Shown: positions 25,610 to 38,055 of the stretch, in pieces | How the letters are laid out: every line of letters starts with the position of its first letter | Numbering within the stretch: the first letter of the stretch is position 1 | Assembly: GCA_040437565.1 (NCBI GenBank) | Contig: JBDOQK010000042.1 | Location: 186,001-250,000 of the forward strand | Origin: Albugo candida | Lineage: Eukaryota | DNA: 64,000 nucleotides | Direction of reading: 5' to 3' | The notes under the pieces: model-generated | The model's input: the letters and a program-made list of their open reading frames with translations, nothing else | Told to the model about the DNA's origin: nothing | Databases searched by the model: none | Program-made: the position numbers and the translations under genes

Positions 25610-26017
25610 ATGGGTCGAACGCGTACGAAAAGCGTTGTGTCTGCTGTGGAATACTTTTGTGATGAACGATATGATGAGGATTGCCAGAACGACGACTGGA
25701 TTCAATGTGCAATTCCTGGTAATTTACACATGAAGACGAAGAGTGAAAAACCGATGGAATGGGAAGTAGCTTCTTCGACTACTGAAATTAGCGACTGTGA
25801 ATATGATGACGACGAGATGGATCATGTGACGACTAAATTTGATGCTTGTCGGCATTCTTTGGAGTCAAAACCAAATAGAAGACATATTACGTTTCAAGAC
25901 CATGTGGATGTACTTATCATACCATCACTCTCTAATCTGAGCGAAGTGAAGAAGAAGCAGATGTGGTACTCAACAGCGGAATTGAGCCAATTACGAATTG
26001 CAGCGGGTAGTGAATGA
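25610..26017 (+). CDS. Small acidic hypothetical protein with RVxF-like motif (135 aa)
   Basis: Intact ATG ORF with RRHITF...VLIIP...MWYS near the C-terminus. Confidence 0.65.
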   Translation: MGRTRTKSVVSAVEYFCDERYDEDCQNDDWIQCAIPGNLHMKTKSEKPMEWEVASSTTEISDCEYDDDEMDHVTTKFDACRHSLESKPNRRHITFQDHVDVLIIPSLSNLSEVKKKQMWYSTAELSQLRIAAGSE

Positions 26018-26573
26018 ACTACACGACGTCATCGCGGAATGTCATCGTATTTATTATCTGGTCACAAGGGGCAATCGCACTTAGCACGACATCGCATTGC
26101 TCAAGATCAGCGAGTCATGTCCATTGAATGTGCACTTGATCTATACAGTACGTGCTTGTATCATGTGTATCATGCTCTTTCTGTTAGTGTGTTAGAGATG
26201 GTATTAGATAACTGATCATGTTAATAGAATAAACAGTCCAATTGTGCTTCGATGTAAGGCCATCGGATTGAACTATGAAATGTATATCAGATTTGCCGAG
26301 CGAGAACTTGAACTCTTGCATAATCTCGAAATAAATAAAAAGTGGGAGGGAGAATGGAAAAAAAAATCAGTTCGCAACCTTCAGGATGCGTGAAACTAGC
26401 CACTACCGACTATAAAAGTTGGAAAAAAGGGCAGCGTCTGCTTGTCTGATATACAATGTTGCTACTATTTATGCTTGATATATATCATTGGAACTTTTGT
26501 ATGGAACCGACAAAAAGATATTGAATTGTTGAGGTGCAAGCTTAAGTCAAGCACATTGACGTATTGATTCAGG

Positions 26574-28218
26574 ATGCAACAGAATGTACCCCATATCGAT
26601 AATTTAATTGGCGCCCAATTCGTTGCTCCACAAACGTCTCGATATATCGATGTAACCTCTCCGATAGACGACCGTGTGATAGCGAAATGCGGTGTTTCAT
26701 CGGCGGAAGACGTCGATATCGCCGTTGAAACTGCTTGCTCTTCTTTCCGTGAATGGAAATGCCTCACTGTGAAAGCCCGCGTTAGTATTCTTCACAGATT
26801 TCACGCCTTAATGAACGAGCATGCGGGTACGGGGTACACTTGAGGGTATACGTGCCATGTAATCTCTCGGATTATATTAGAGGAATTAGCGGATCTCATT
26901 GTAATGGAAAGCGGGAAAAACAAAGTGGAAGCACTCGCCAGTGTTCATAAAGGGATCGAGACGATCGAATATGCATGCAGTCTTCCGCAATTAATTCAAG
27001 GAAAGACACTTCAAGTTTCTCGTGGTATAACCTGTTACGAGATACGTGAACCAATCGGAGTTGTAGTTAGTATCGTACCCTTCAACTTTCCGATTATGGT
27101 ACCAATGTGGACGATTCCGATCGCTTTGGCTGTTGGTAATTGCGTGATATTGAAGCCTAGTGAGAAGGTAGACTACTCTTACTCCATCTACGTCAAATCG
27201 TTACATGCTCTGTAAGGTTCCAATGACAATGCATCGGACTGCTCAATTGCTCATACAAGCGGGTGTAACTCACGGCGCTTTCCAGGTTCGATAGCTTGGT
27301 TACTTGATAAACAAGGTTACAATCTCGATGCAGATCATAAACGGGAAAGAAGAAGCGGTTACGAGCTTATGCGATCATCCTAAAGTTGCCGCGGTTACAT
27401 TTGTTGGGTCGAGTCGAATTGCTCAGATGATTTCTCGTCGATGTCGCGCGATTGATAAACGCGTGTTGGCACTTGGCGGCGCCAAAAACCATCTCGTTGC
27501 TTATAGTGATGCACGACCGGAAACGACTTCTCGGGACATTGCTGCGTCTTTCGCAGGTTGTGCGGGTCAGAGATGTATGGCTGCTTCTGTTTTGATAATT
27601 GTGAGGGGCAACACCGACGGGCTTTTGAAATCGGTGATTGCGGTCAGTAAGGAATTAACGCGTGGCGTTGAAGCGGGTCAAGTGGGTCCACTTATTGATG
27701 CGGCTGCGAAGGCCCGTGTGTTACGTTATATTAACGAGGCAGAATCAAATGGTGCGATTGTATTGGTTGATGGGCGAAATTGGGCAAAAGAATCAAAAGG
27801 AAATTGGGTCGGGCCGACGGTGTTGTTGCATAAAAAGTCAGACGACCCGGCTATGAGAGAAGAGATATTTGGACCCGTTTTATCCGTGATTCAGGTTGAT
27901 ACGAAGGAGGAAGCCTTGGACATTGAGAACAGTAGCGAGTATGGGAATGCTGCATGTATTTACACCACCTCGGGCGAGATAGCTGAATATTTTCAGACCC
28001 GTTTCCGAGCGGGTATGATTGGTGTGAATGTCGGTATACCCGTTCCCCGGGAACCGTTTAGCTTTGGCGGGTTGTACGGAACTAAGAGTAAGTACGGTGA
28101 TGTGGATATCACGGGAGATGGCTGTGTAGAGTTCTTCTCCAATCGCCGTAAAGTAACGACCAAGTGGGGCCACACCGGCGAACTTGCCGATAAAGCGAAC
28201 TTTACGGGTCAAATGTAG
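26574..28218 (+). CDS. ALDH6A1: Methylmalonate-semialdehyde dehydrogenase (ALDH6 family), 4 exons
   Basis: Introns 26827-26880, 27168-27216 and 27286-27333 (GT-AG, 48-54 bp). PFNFP, LKPSEKVP, FVGS, GAKNH, GCAGQRCMA (catalytic Cys), EEIFGP and GVNVGIPVP motifs. Confidence 0.95.
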
Positions 28219-28323
28219 TTTCACACGTCGTTCTCATTTAGTCCTGTTTTTCCCATTTCATAGTTTCAGTTTGTCCCGCCTTTTTTCATGTCCAGAACAC
28301 AGTACTAGGCTCCGCCTGTCGTA

Positions 28324-30381
28324 ATGCAAACTACTATAGAGTCAAAAATGGAAGCACTCCTTCATCGAATCGTTCAAGATGAACAACAAAAGCTGCAACA
28401 ACTCGGTTTTATTGAAACATACATTCCTAGTCCGGAATCGAGAGCACGCTGCAACATCTTCCTAAGTGCGAATTGGCATATTTGCGATCGTTTATTAATT
28501 GTCATTGCAAGTGGAAATGGTATACAACCTGGAATTTGGAGCCGTTCGTTAGTGTTAGAGTCCTCCGAAACAGCCAACCAGTATCGTTCTGGCTCCATGC
28601 TTCCGTATGTTCACACCGCGCTCTATAAAGGTTATGGCGTTATTATCACAAACCCGAGCACAAATATGATGACTGTTGATAACGAGAAATTACCGATTCC
28701 GGGCTCAAGTACACCTGAAATGCATGTTCGATTCATATGGATGACATTTGGTGTGCGAGCTGCATGCTCACAAGTGTATATTGCAGCGTATAGTCGGGGC
28801 GGAGAATTGGCCAAGCATTTGATGGAAACACAAGCTTCCTTGCGGACACGATTAGCAGCAATTGCATTTATCGAATCAAGTCATCGCACCTCCAGTCATG
28901 ATTCGAATGAAGTACGTGAATTGCTTGGAACTCGAGCTATTAATTGGCAACGGTCCAAAGAAGCCGCAGGATCACAACTACCCGATAATGCGAACCTAGG
29001 GTGCTTAAGTTTGTCAGCAGGTCAACCGCAAGGAGTAGCGGATCAAAAGCGATCCAATACCGCGTGGACTATAGCGGCGAGTATGGAGACTGTATTTGAC
29101 TTTTTCAATAGTGCGTGCACACCCATTCCCAATGAATTGCAGCAAGTGGAAAATTTATCTCTTCTTTCCAAGTCAATGTATCAGAGTGTGATTAGTGAGC
29201 ATCAGGAAGATGCAGAGATGGTCTTGCATGAGGAAGAGCAGGATATGACGAATGGAAGCATGGAACGCCGTTCTACGCGAAGTATGGTGGTGTCTACATC
29301 GATGAGTGTTACAGATTTCGATCTGTTATCGGTAGTGGGAAAAGGAGCATATGGAAAAGTATTTCTGGTGCAGAAAAAGAGCGGAAGGAATGCGAATCGC
29401 GTCTACGCCATGAAAGTGCTCCGAAAACAGGACGTCTTCAAAAAAGATCAGGTGGAACACACCAAATCAGAGCAGCGGATCCTGAAAACGATTGAACATC
29501 CTTTTATTATTCGACTGCGTTATGCCTTTCAGAATGATTATAAATTATATCTTGTGATGGATTACTATAGTGGTGGATCACTGTACATTCATTTACGGAA
29601 ATGTAAGCGCTTCACAGAAGCACGCGCGAGATTTTATGCGGCGGAATTACTGTTAGCATTGGCTCATTTGCATCAGATGAAGGTCATGTATCGGGATCTC
29701 AAACTAGAGAACATTTTAATGGACAGTGAGGGTCACGTTGTTATAACGGATTTTGGCTTATCGAAAGAAGATGACGAAGGCTCCACATTTGTTGGAACCC
29801 CCGAATATTTGGCACCAGAATTGCTCTCATCACAGCGATCAGCCACGTCATATGGGAAGACCGTCGACTGGTGGAGTTTTGGAGTTTTGATTTATGAAAT
29901 GATACAAGGTCAAACGCCATTTTATGCGAAAAATCGACGGGAATTGTTTCAGAATATCTTGACAAAGTCGCCGCAATTCTCGCCAGAATTATTCTCGAAT
30001 ACGGCGGTTCATTTACTAACACGGATCCTCGTGAAGAAACCGGAGGACCGGTTAGGCTGTGGAGTTGACGGTCCTATCGAAATACAGTCTCATCCGTGGT
30101 TTCATGGAATCGATTGGGACGCTTTGAAGGCTCGTCGTGTTGAACCGCCGTATCGACCAACTTCATCTGGGTTTGCAGGTAGTACGAAGGATCTACTTCA
30201 ATTCGTACCGGATACATTCAAGCAACAAGAGGTGGTCGATTCACCCGTATGTGGTGTTTTGACATCATCTCGAGCGTCGAATCCAATGCACTTCGAGGAC
30301 TTTAGTTATATGGGAAGTGATGTGATGGGTTCAAGACGCACGTCCATCTTCCGTGAAAGTGATCTTCGAATGAGCAATTGA
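28324..30381 (+). CDS. AGC-family protein kinase with N-terminal Arb2/FAM172-like alpha/beta-hydrolase domain (685 aa)
   Basis: N-terminal region: IFLS, LLIVI, GIWSRSL, GSMLPY, GYGVIITNP, STPEMH..W, AYSRGG, AIAFIESSH, NW, LSAG, FDFF. C-terminal region: GKGAYGKV, YAMKVL, YRDLKLEN, DFG, TFVGTPEYLAPE, hydrophobic motif FEDFSY (30292-30309). One uninterrupted ORF. Confidence 0.9.
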   Translation: MQTTIESKMEALLHRIVQDEQQKLQQLGFIETYIPSPESRARCNIFLSANWHICDRLLIVIASGNGIQPGIWSRSLVLESSETANQYRSGSMLPYVHTALYKGYGVIITNPSTNMMTVDNEKLPIPGSSTPEMHVRFIWMTFGVRAACSQVYIAAYSRGGELAKHLMETQASLRTRLAAIAFIESSHRTSSHDSNEVRELLGTRAINWQRSKEAAGSQLPDNANLGCLSLSAGQPQGVADQKRSNTAWTIAASMETVFDFFNSACTPIPNELQQVENLSLLSKSMYQSVISEHQEDAEMVLHEEEQDMTNGSMERRSTRSMVVSTSMSVTDFDLLSVVGKGAYGKVFLVQKKSGRNANRVYAMKVLRKQDVFKKDQVEHTKSEQRILKTIEHPFIIRLRYAFQNDYKLYLVMDYYSGGSLYIHLRKCKRFTEARARFYAAELLLALAHLHQMKVMYRDLKLENILMDSEGHVVITDFGLSKEDDEGSTFVGTPEYLAPELLSSQRSATSYGKTVDWWSFGVLIYEMIQGQTPFYAKNRRELFQNILTKSPQFSPELFSNTAVHLLTRILVKKPEDRLGCGVDGPIEIQSHPWFHGIDWDALKARRVEPPYRPTSSGFAGSTKDLLQFVPDTFKQQEVVDSPVCGVLTSSRASNPMHFEDFSYMGSDVMGSRRTSIFRESDLRMSN

Positions 30382-30553
30382 CCTTTTTATGTGTAAAGAA
30401 AATGTATAGTTCTCGATGTATAGTTTGCGTATCTGACTCAGTCATCGGATCAGATCAAATTCGGTTCTATATTCTAACAACATCAAATCAAAAAACAGAG
30501 CGATCACTTGCTAATAGAGAGGATCAGAAAAATATCACCACAGTTTGGCTTCG

Positions 30554-31969
30554 ATGATTCTGGAACTGAATGGACTTCAGGTATGCTTTCAACTTGTGGT
30601 TATAATAAGTGTTTGAGAGAGGTGCACTACAGGGCGTTCAGCTGGTTATACTTTTAATGGCCATGGTGACATTTTGGTTGCGCCGTCAGCTTAAATATAT
30701 TTACGCAGTTTTACACGGCGAAATACCGTCTGTGTACTATACTACAACAGCTACTAATAAAGCGATACTTTCGAAATGCCCGCAACTATGTAAGTATGCA
30801 CACCATTTGGGTAATTAATTTCTCATTCCGGTTCAAGTGGGTAAGGAAAAATACTTTCCGCTATGGTACGCGTGGAATGGGTACGTTTTATCTCTACACT
30901 CGTAAACGTAACCGAGCGTATCCTGTAAACACTGCGTACCGGTTTCTGTAGACATCTGCAGACGTTACTTATGAACATACGAGAGCGCTTACCACCGACA
31001 CAATACTTTCGTCAATGGATAGATCTCGACGATGGAGGGCAAGTGTCTTTGGATTGGGCTGTTCCTGGCCTCAAAGACCCAAAATCAAGCTGGAAAGATG
31101 TCGTTGATTTCACGAAACCGATTATGTTTGTGTTACCGGGTCTTTCTAGCGGGAGTCACGACCAATATGTGCTAAAACTTGTTAACAGTATGTTACAGTT
31201 AAACTGGCAATGCGTCGTTTACAACGCACGCGGTTGTGGACGCACACCACTTAAGACCGCAGAATTATTTTGTATGGCCAAAACCGATGATATTCGAGAA
31301 GCCGTTAAAAAGATCGAGTCTTTTTTCGATTTGAAAAATTCCTCACAGAAATTTGTGGCGTGTGGCTTTTCGATGGGATCGAATCTACTGGTAAAGTATC
31401 TCGGGGAAGAACAAGAAAAGACTTCATTCCATGGAGCTATCTCCATTGGGAATCCGTATGATCTCGTCAAGTGTACACGTCATTTCAAAAGCACTTGGTG
31501 GTATCGACACACGTATGACCGCGTACTAACCTCCAATTTGAAACGGCTTCTTTTTCACAGAAACGATGGTCTTCAAATACTCGCTAGCAACCCGCGCATC
31601 GATTTGATAGCATTACAAAAAGCGACAACTTTGATGGAATTTGACGAGCAACTGACTGTAATTGTGTACAATTACGCTAATGTGGGCGCATATCATGAGG
31701 ATGGTTCTTGTGTTCGTGTGATGGACAAGGTCAAAATCCCATTATTGTGTGTCAGCGCAAAAGACGATCCGATTTGCATTGCAGAAGCAATTCCGTATGA
31801 TATGGTCGAACGCAACCCGAATGTGATACTGGCAACGACTAACTTAGGTGGGCATCTCGCTTTCTTGGAGAGTCCCCGCGATTCTTGGCGACACCCGAGA
31901 AAAGCGAGGACGTGTTGGAGCGTTAGAGTTGCAAGCGAATTTGCAGAGAGCATTCGGAACCGATGTTAA
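30554..31969 (+). CDS. ABHD1/3 (YheT-like) alpha/beta hydrolase, multi-exon
   Basis: NGHLQT across a splice junction, DGGQVSLDW, GFSMG (nucleophile), DDPI and GGHLAF. Probable first exon 30554-30580 and intron 30581-30632; 5' exon structure is approximate. Confidence 0.9.
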
Positions 31970-32631
31970 CAGATGCTTTGGGCAATATGATTGGGTAAAA
32001 TAGTGATCGTAAAAATTGTCATGTAAAGACTCAATCAAACTTCAGAAGAGGTTGGTGTATTGTCCCTATTGGCTTTTGCGTGTCGCATAAAGTTTGTCTT
32101 TCTTTTTGTATGGTTGGCTCAGGAATGTAGCACAATCGAGTGAATGACACTCTTTTTTAAGTTCAGTCTGAGTCAAATTGTCGCATATCATCACCCTCTT
32201 CGATCGACTTCCATGGTCACAATCAAAATCTGCTGGCGAGTGTATTTTCAAATTAATCGCAATTGTAAGAGAGAAGATGTTGTCGTACGTGAATGATCTC
32301 ATACATTTGGGAACTCTGTTTGCAACAAATACGCAACGACGGGAGCGTCTCAGTAACAAATTTAAACCTCATGAGTCGAAAGTGACGGCAGCCAGCAAAC
32401 GCAGCTCCAAAACCTACTGAGCCTACCTCTCGCTCGCTCATCATCTTGTACTGCCTGGATTCAAACACATACAAATGAATGCCAAGATCATAACCAGAAT
32501 TTGATGTACAACATAACAAATATCACTTATTTTTAAACAGTCTTTTGTTTTTTATAAGCCTTCTATACACATACTCTACAAGCTTGCTGTATACTTGACA
32601 GTGCAAACTAGAAACGCATGTTGTTATGCGT

Positions 32632-34333
32632 TTACAACTCGTCCTGACGCTTGCGGTATATCCCAAATAGAAGACCGGGTACAACAACAGCCACAAATCC
32701 GATAGCGCCAACCGGATCCATCAAAGTGGTTACAACCATGTAACTCATTGAAAGCATTGGCATGATACCGAGTATCCCAATTACCCACGCGTCTCCAGGA
32801 ACTTTAAACGGTCGGGTTACAAACGGCATCTTGTGACGCAATTTCATTGCAGTTATAACAATACCAATTCCCAAGAGCGCAGATAATGCGTTTGTCATCG
32901 GTAACAAGTTATCCAAATCAATAGCCAAAACGATGAGTACTGACACATAATGCACAAAGATAGCGATAAAGGACGAATCAAAGAAGAAATGGGACCGTTT
33001 TGAAAACATGGCGGGAATCAATTGATACTGCGCCATTCCGCTGATTTCGTACGCTCCACAAAAGAATTGCGACATGTAGAAAGCACAATTGGAAACAAAC
33101 ACCGAAAGAAAGATCAATGTGTGTAGAGAAGAACCCCCAATTGATGCTGCAGATGCAATGTACCCTCCATCCTCGAGGAGCGACCATGAAGCAATGTTAC
33201 GGTTGAGTATAGTTGCAATAAANNNNNNNNNNNNNNNNNNNNNNNNNNNNNNNNNNNNNNNNNNNNNNNNNNNNNNNNNNNNNNNNNNNNNNNNNNNNNN
33301 NNNNNNNNNNNNNNNNNNNNNNGTACCCTCCATCCTCGAGGAGCGACCATGAAGCAATGTTACGGTTGAGTATAGTTGCAATAAAACATAACATGTATGT
33401 TGCAAATGTTGCCACAATATTATACATCAACGCACGGGGGTATACATATCCCGGATTCATAACGTGTCCAGCAAACATCGATGGACTGAGTAACCCGTCA
33501 AAATTCCAGAAAACGGCGTTGATATAGTCAACCCATTGCACATCCGCAGGCCCGGTCACATGTCGGACCGTATCACTTGCATTGTTGGCGCGACGAATCT
33601 CAAAGAATTGACTCCCATGATCACCATCCACATCTGTGAGTGCCCATATGCAGTAGATAGAAGAGGGGATCACAGAACACGCAAAGAGTACCATACAAAT
33701 ACGTCCCAAATTCTTAGTCCCCAATAGTGAGGGAATAACCAGGATCGTCGCAATTGTCGCTTTTATCAAAAACGATACAAATTTGGAAGTGATAGTAACC
33801 TCCAAAAACTCTGTCGCCATATCAAGAATTTCACCCGGAATGAATGCGAGACAAAAAATCCTGCTAAATAATGCCCAATAAGCGATTTGTGACGCCCAAA
33901 AAGGACCGTAACCATTCAAAATCCACACAACGTAACCCGCGTCTTCGGGAAATGAGGTACAAAGTTCGGCTACGATCATAGCGTACGGTATCGTGCAAAA
34001 GGAAACGTATAATAATACACCAATGATAGCGAGTCCCGGTCCAGCGGCAAGGAACATATCCTCAGACTCAGCGGGACCTACGCAAGCTGTGAGATACATG
34101 ATGGCTACAACTGGGCACACTCCTAAAACCCGATCCGTGCGGCTCTTGGTGTACAACCCGTACTCTTGCGTCGCTGCATCGGTTGCGCCCGGAAGCCATA
34201 CAGGCGTATTATCATTGAAAATTGTCACTGAACTCTTTCCGACACTATCGCGAGTGATATACGCGGACTCATTGTGGTCTTGATACGATGCTCTATGATC
34301 TGATACGCTGTGAATCAGAATGATGCAACACAT
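32632..34333 (-). CDS. APC-superfamily amino acid/polyamine permease (about 512 aa after collapsing the gap duplication)
   Basis: Multiple TM helices; AELCTSFPEDAGYVVW, FWNFDG, YPRAL and LRHKMP..RPFKVPG motifs. Removing the 163-bp gap plus duplicate (33160-33222 = 33323-33385) joins the two ORFs in frame. Confidence 0.9.
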
Positions 34334-35440
34334 TATGTTTAGCGAAATTGGCTTCTCAAAATGATTACAACGTACTTATCTCTAAATATTGGCGTTGTAA
34401 TTAGCTCATCGCAATGTGACTTGGTGGGACCGTCACTCATCGTTCAAGAGATTGAGGTGAGAAACTGATCGTTGCGTGTGAGATGCGGCTTGAGGGAAGA
34501 GAAGTGTATAGTAACAGGTACAATTACTGATGCGGGATTGCCACAACGAGCATACCAGCCTTTTTCTGAATGGAAGAAAAAGGCAGCCATGCTGAAGAAA
34601 ACAGGTTGGTCTTTCAGCTGGGAACCGAATCACTGCTATAATGGAAGACAGGGAGTTTGTATCGAAATGTGTAAACTATTGAATTTGTACCTTCGCGATT
34701 ATCTAAACACACAGGTAACCCTCTGTTCTTTGATACGACATACGTGCGCTTGGGTTTCGGGTTTTCATTCTTAACAATTAATCGCAATGCAAAGAAATGA
34801 GGCCTTTGTCTTACAAGGTGTTCTATGTCTCCGCGAACGATAGAGTTGAGTATAATGGTATAAGAAAACGTCGTTTGGAGACACAGGTAGGCAATCAATA
34901 ATAAGTCGTTTTTCATAAGTTCTTTAAGGTATTGTACTTTTATAACGTTTTGTTAGATACGGTTCAAGTACTGTTATTGAAAGGAAACCAAAGACTACGA
35001 ACAACATTTGGCATTGAAATTTTATTGAGAGCAAAATACGGTAGTTTCCTGGAATCAATGATTGGACATAATAAATCGTAAGTCGATACGATAGCGTGGC
35101 AACATAAAATAAGGAGGTGAAGGTATCCGGTTCTCTGTGATAATATCGAGGACGGATGAAGCATTCTCGATAAAAAAGCTAGCCATAATTTCAGCTATCA
35201 AAAGAAGCTTGATGAGGAATACAAGCTCTATTTCCGTTACATTGGTCGTACCAAATCTAGTAGAACAGATCCTGTGCGCCCCATATTGATGGGGATTACA
35301 CCAATCTAGTGCCAGTACGCCGCATCTCGGCAAATTACGATAAATAACAAAATTGTGACGTCTGTTCCACATACACAATTCGATAAAACTGCCTACAGCT
35401 TTGATTTGCACCAATCAAATAACGCACACCTCATAATTGC

Positions 35441-36638
35441 ATGGCTGACAATCAATGTGTCTTATTGGGCATCATCAACAAGCATAGCGATGGTAAAGTA
35501 GACCTTCCATCTTGCTCTAAACTCGGTGGATCTCCTGTATGTATGCACCCAGTATCCACATCATTTCATCTGACACATTTAAATAGGTCTGGTTATCTCC
35601 TATTCCTCCAATCGACAAAAAAAGCCTGCAATGTGCCAAGTGCCAAGGACAATTGTTCTTCATCGCACAGGTTTGACGCTGCAAACCAATCCTGATGTCA
35701 TGTGACCCACACGCTTTAGATTTATGCGCCTATTCGAATCCCTCGAACACTTTATATGTTTGGGTGTAATTCCACAACGTGTGGGGAAACTATCGGAAGG
35801 TGAGTCACTGTAACTTTCTAACAGATAAGTCGACACAAATTCCACTTTAACTTTTAGCTGGCGGGTTTTCAGAGATCAGTCGGTGGACAGCGAGAGTAAT
35901 GAAAAAACGGAGGTGATGAGTACGCACTGTCCGAATTGGGCAGAGGATACCGAAGAGGACTGGAGTGATCAAGAAGAGTGTGCTGATCAAGCAGTCAGTC
36001 TCAACGACTTGGAGATGCTGTTAGACGCTTGTCACGTGGAAGCCAGTCGCTTGGAGGTTGTGCAGGATGCAAGTCAGATTCCCTCACAAACATTGAGTGA
36101 ACCACAATTCCCTCCCGTCTTACTTGAAGTCATTGAGGAACCACACAGTCGAGATATCGATTTCTCCTATGAACACAAATTGTACCAAAAATATGTAACG
36201 ACAGAAGCGCAATGTGCTCCGAGTGTCCAGGGATCCGATTCGATAAAAATAAAGACTTTTCCGCACGCGGAAGTTTATGAGCAAACACCGACGGAAGAGC
36301 GTCATTTCATCCGATTTCAAGAACGCCTAAAGAGATGTCCACAGCAGTGTTTACGCTACGATTACGACGGAGAGCCTCTATGGCCTATTCCGATCCCGTC
36401 TCAGTTCCACATCCCCAAATGCAAATGCGGGAAAGAGAGAAAATTCGAGTGTCAGCTGATGCCGGCGGTGTTGTACGTGTTACAAGTGGACAAGTGTTTT
36501 CCTCCAAACACGGTTGCTGGACCATGCGGAATGGATTGGCTTTCGTTACTGGTGTATTCATGTCCAGATTCTTGTGATGAAAGTCGAGAGGAATTTGTTC
36601 ATGTTGTGACAACTCACAAATCGGCAACTCTTTTGTAA
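35441..36638 (+). CDS. PDCD2/PDCD2L (TSR4-like) protein, multi-exon
   Basis: VLLG and SKLGGSP at the N-terminus; IYAP..RTLYMFGC in a middle exon; C-terminal PDCD2_C motifs FQERLKRCPQQCLRY, PLW, C-CG..RKFECQLMP, MDWLSLLVYSC and EEFV. Exon boundaries not fully resolved. Confidence 0.88.
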
Positions 36639-36966
36639 CGTGGTAAGGATACTCGGTCACCTTGTTATATAGAAACATGGCATGTTTATCCGATTCTTTG
36701 ATGCGATGATTAACGTCTACTTGTTACATTGGGATTCTGAATTAACAGCTACCAGGCGTTGCATTCGTGCTCGTTTTCTATCAGATCGATTGACGTAACT
36801 GGACAGAAGGAGTGACTGAGGCATCTGCTAGAGTGCTCGGAAGTGTGTGAAGCCTTGTTAAGATTTGATATATTGTAATGAATTGACATAATCGAGTGAA
36901 TGCTCTTGATTTAGGCACGATAAATTAAGATATACACGTGCTCGAGTTGCTCCACGCACAGCATAG

Positions 36967-37406
36967 TTGCAGCCTTATCGTAACCGTATACTCGGTATAC
37001 ACACTAAAGACGCCTGCGGTTTCCATCCGGTTATTCTTGGCAGCATGACGGACTCACAGATCTGTCGACCAACCGCATTTTTTGCAATCTTGCGTATCGA
37101 GAAGGGACATGCAAACTCATTCGACACAAAAACACANNNNNNNNNNNNNNNNNNNNNNNNNNNNNNNNNNNNNNNNNNNNNNNNNNNNNNNNNNNNNNNN
37201 NNNNNNNNNNNNNNNNNNNNNNNNNNNNNNNNNNNNTTGCAGCCTTATCGTAACCGTATACTCGGTATACACACTAAAGACGCCTGCGGTTTCCATCCGG
37301 TTATTCTTGGCAGCATGACGGACTCACAGATCTGTCGACCAACCGCATTTTTTGCAATCTTGCGTATCGAGAAGGGACATGCAAACTCATTCGACACAAA
37401 AACACA
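36967..37406. repeat. Gap-flanking duplication: 36967-37136 repeated at 37237-37406 (probable artefact)
   Basis: 170 bp repeated either side of the 100-N gap. Confidence 0.88.
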
Positions 37407-38055
37407 TGCACAAAAGTGTGCTTGTATTTGAGCGCCCACTACTCACTGCAGGGCGACCAATCACCATCTGCGTTCCCCTCAATACATACCGACAAAATCG
37501 ACCCGATTCACCAATCAAAATGGAGAAATCTATCATCACTTCCGTGCGACGATCACTCCACACCACTCTAATCCACGTGGGAGTGATTGAGGTTGACGTG
37601 GCTAGTCGGAATACCGAATCTATACGTAGTATTAGTCTTATGCTTTGCATAATTGCATAGAGTCAGTATACCTATTACACACACGTTGTGGTTAAGGTTG
37701 AGGGTAAAAGCTTTTTTTTATATTTCATAATTACACCCTCTCCACCGCAAATAAGACAGTACAGTTCAGTAAGAACACAATTTTGAGACTGGAGAAGTTG
37801 ACGTCTTTGTCCATAATCGCCGAGCAACACGCGACTCGAATAATCAAATACAGTCGACTTGAGTGAACGTGTACCTCTTACATTATTCTGAGAGGTAATT
37901 ATCAGTCAAAATAACAAGATCTATCACTCATTCTTTTGTTGATGTTTTCTATGTACTTTAGATACTCTCGTTCTACCCATCAAGTATACATCACGTACAC
38001 GAGCACAAACTTTCAACACATAATTACAATCGCTTACTAGCGAAATCAATTTGTT

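Noticed and set aside
32066-32520. Short ORFs between the hydrolase and the permease
   Set aside because: No motifs, overlapping on both strands, mostly non-ATG starts.
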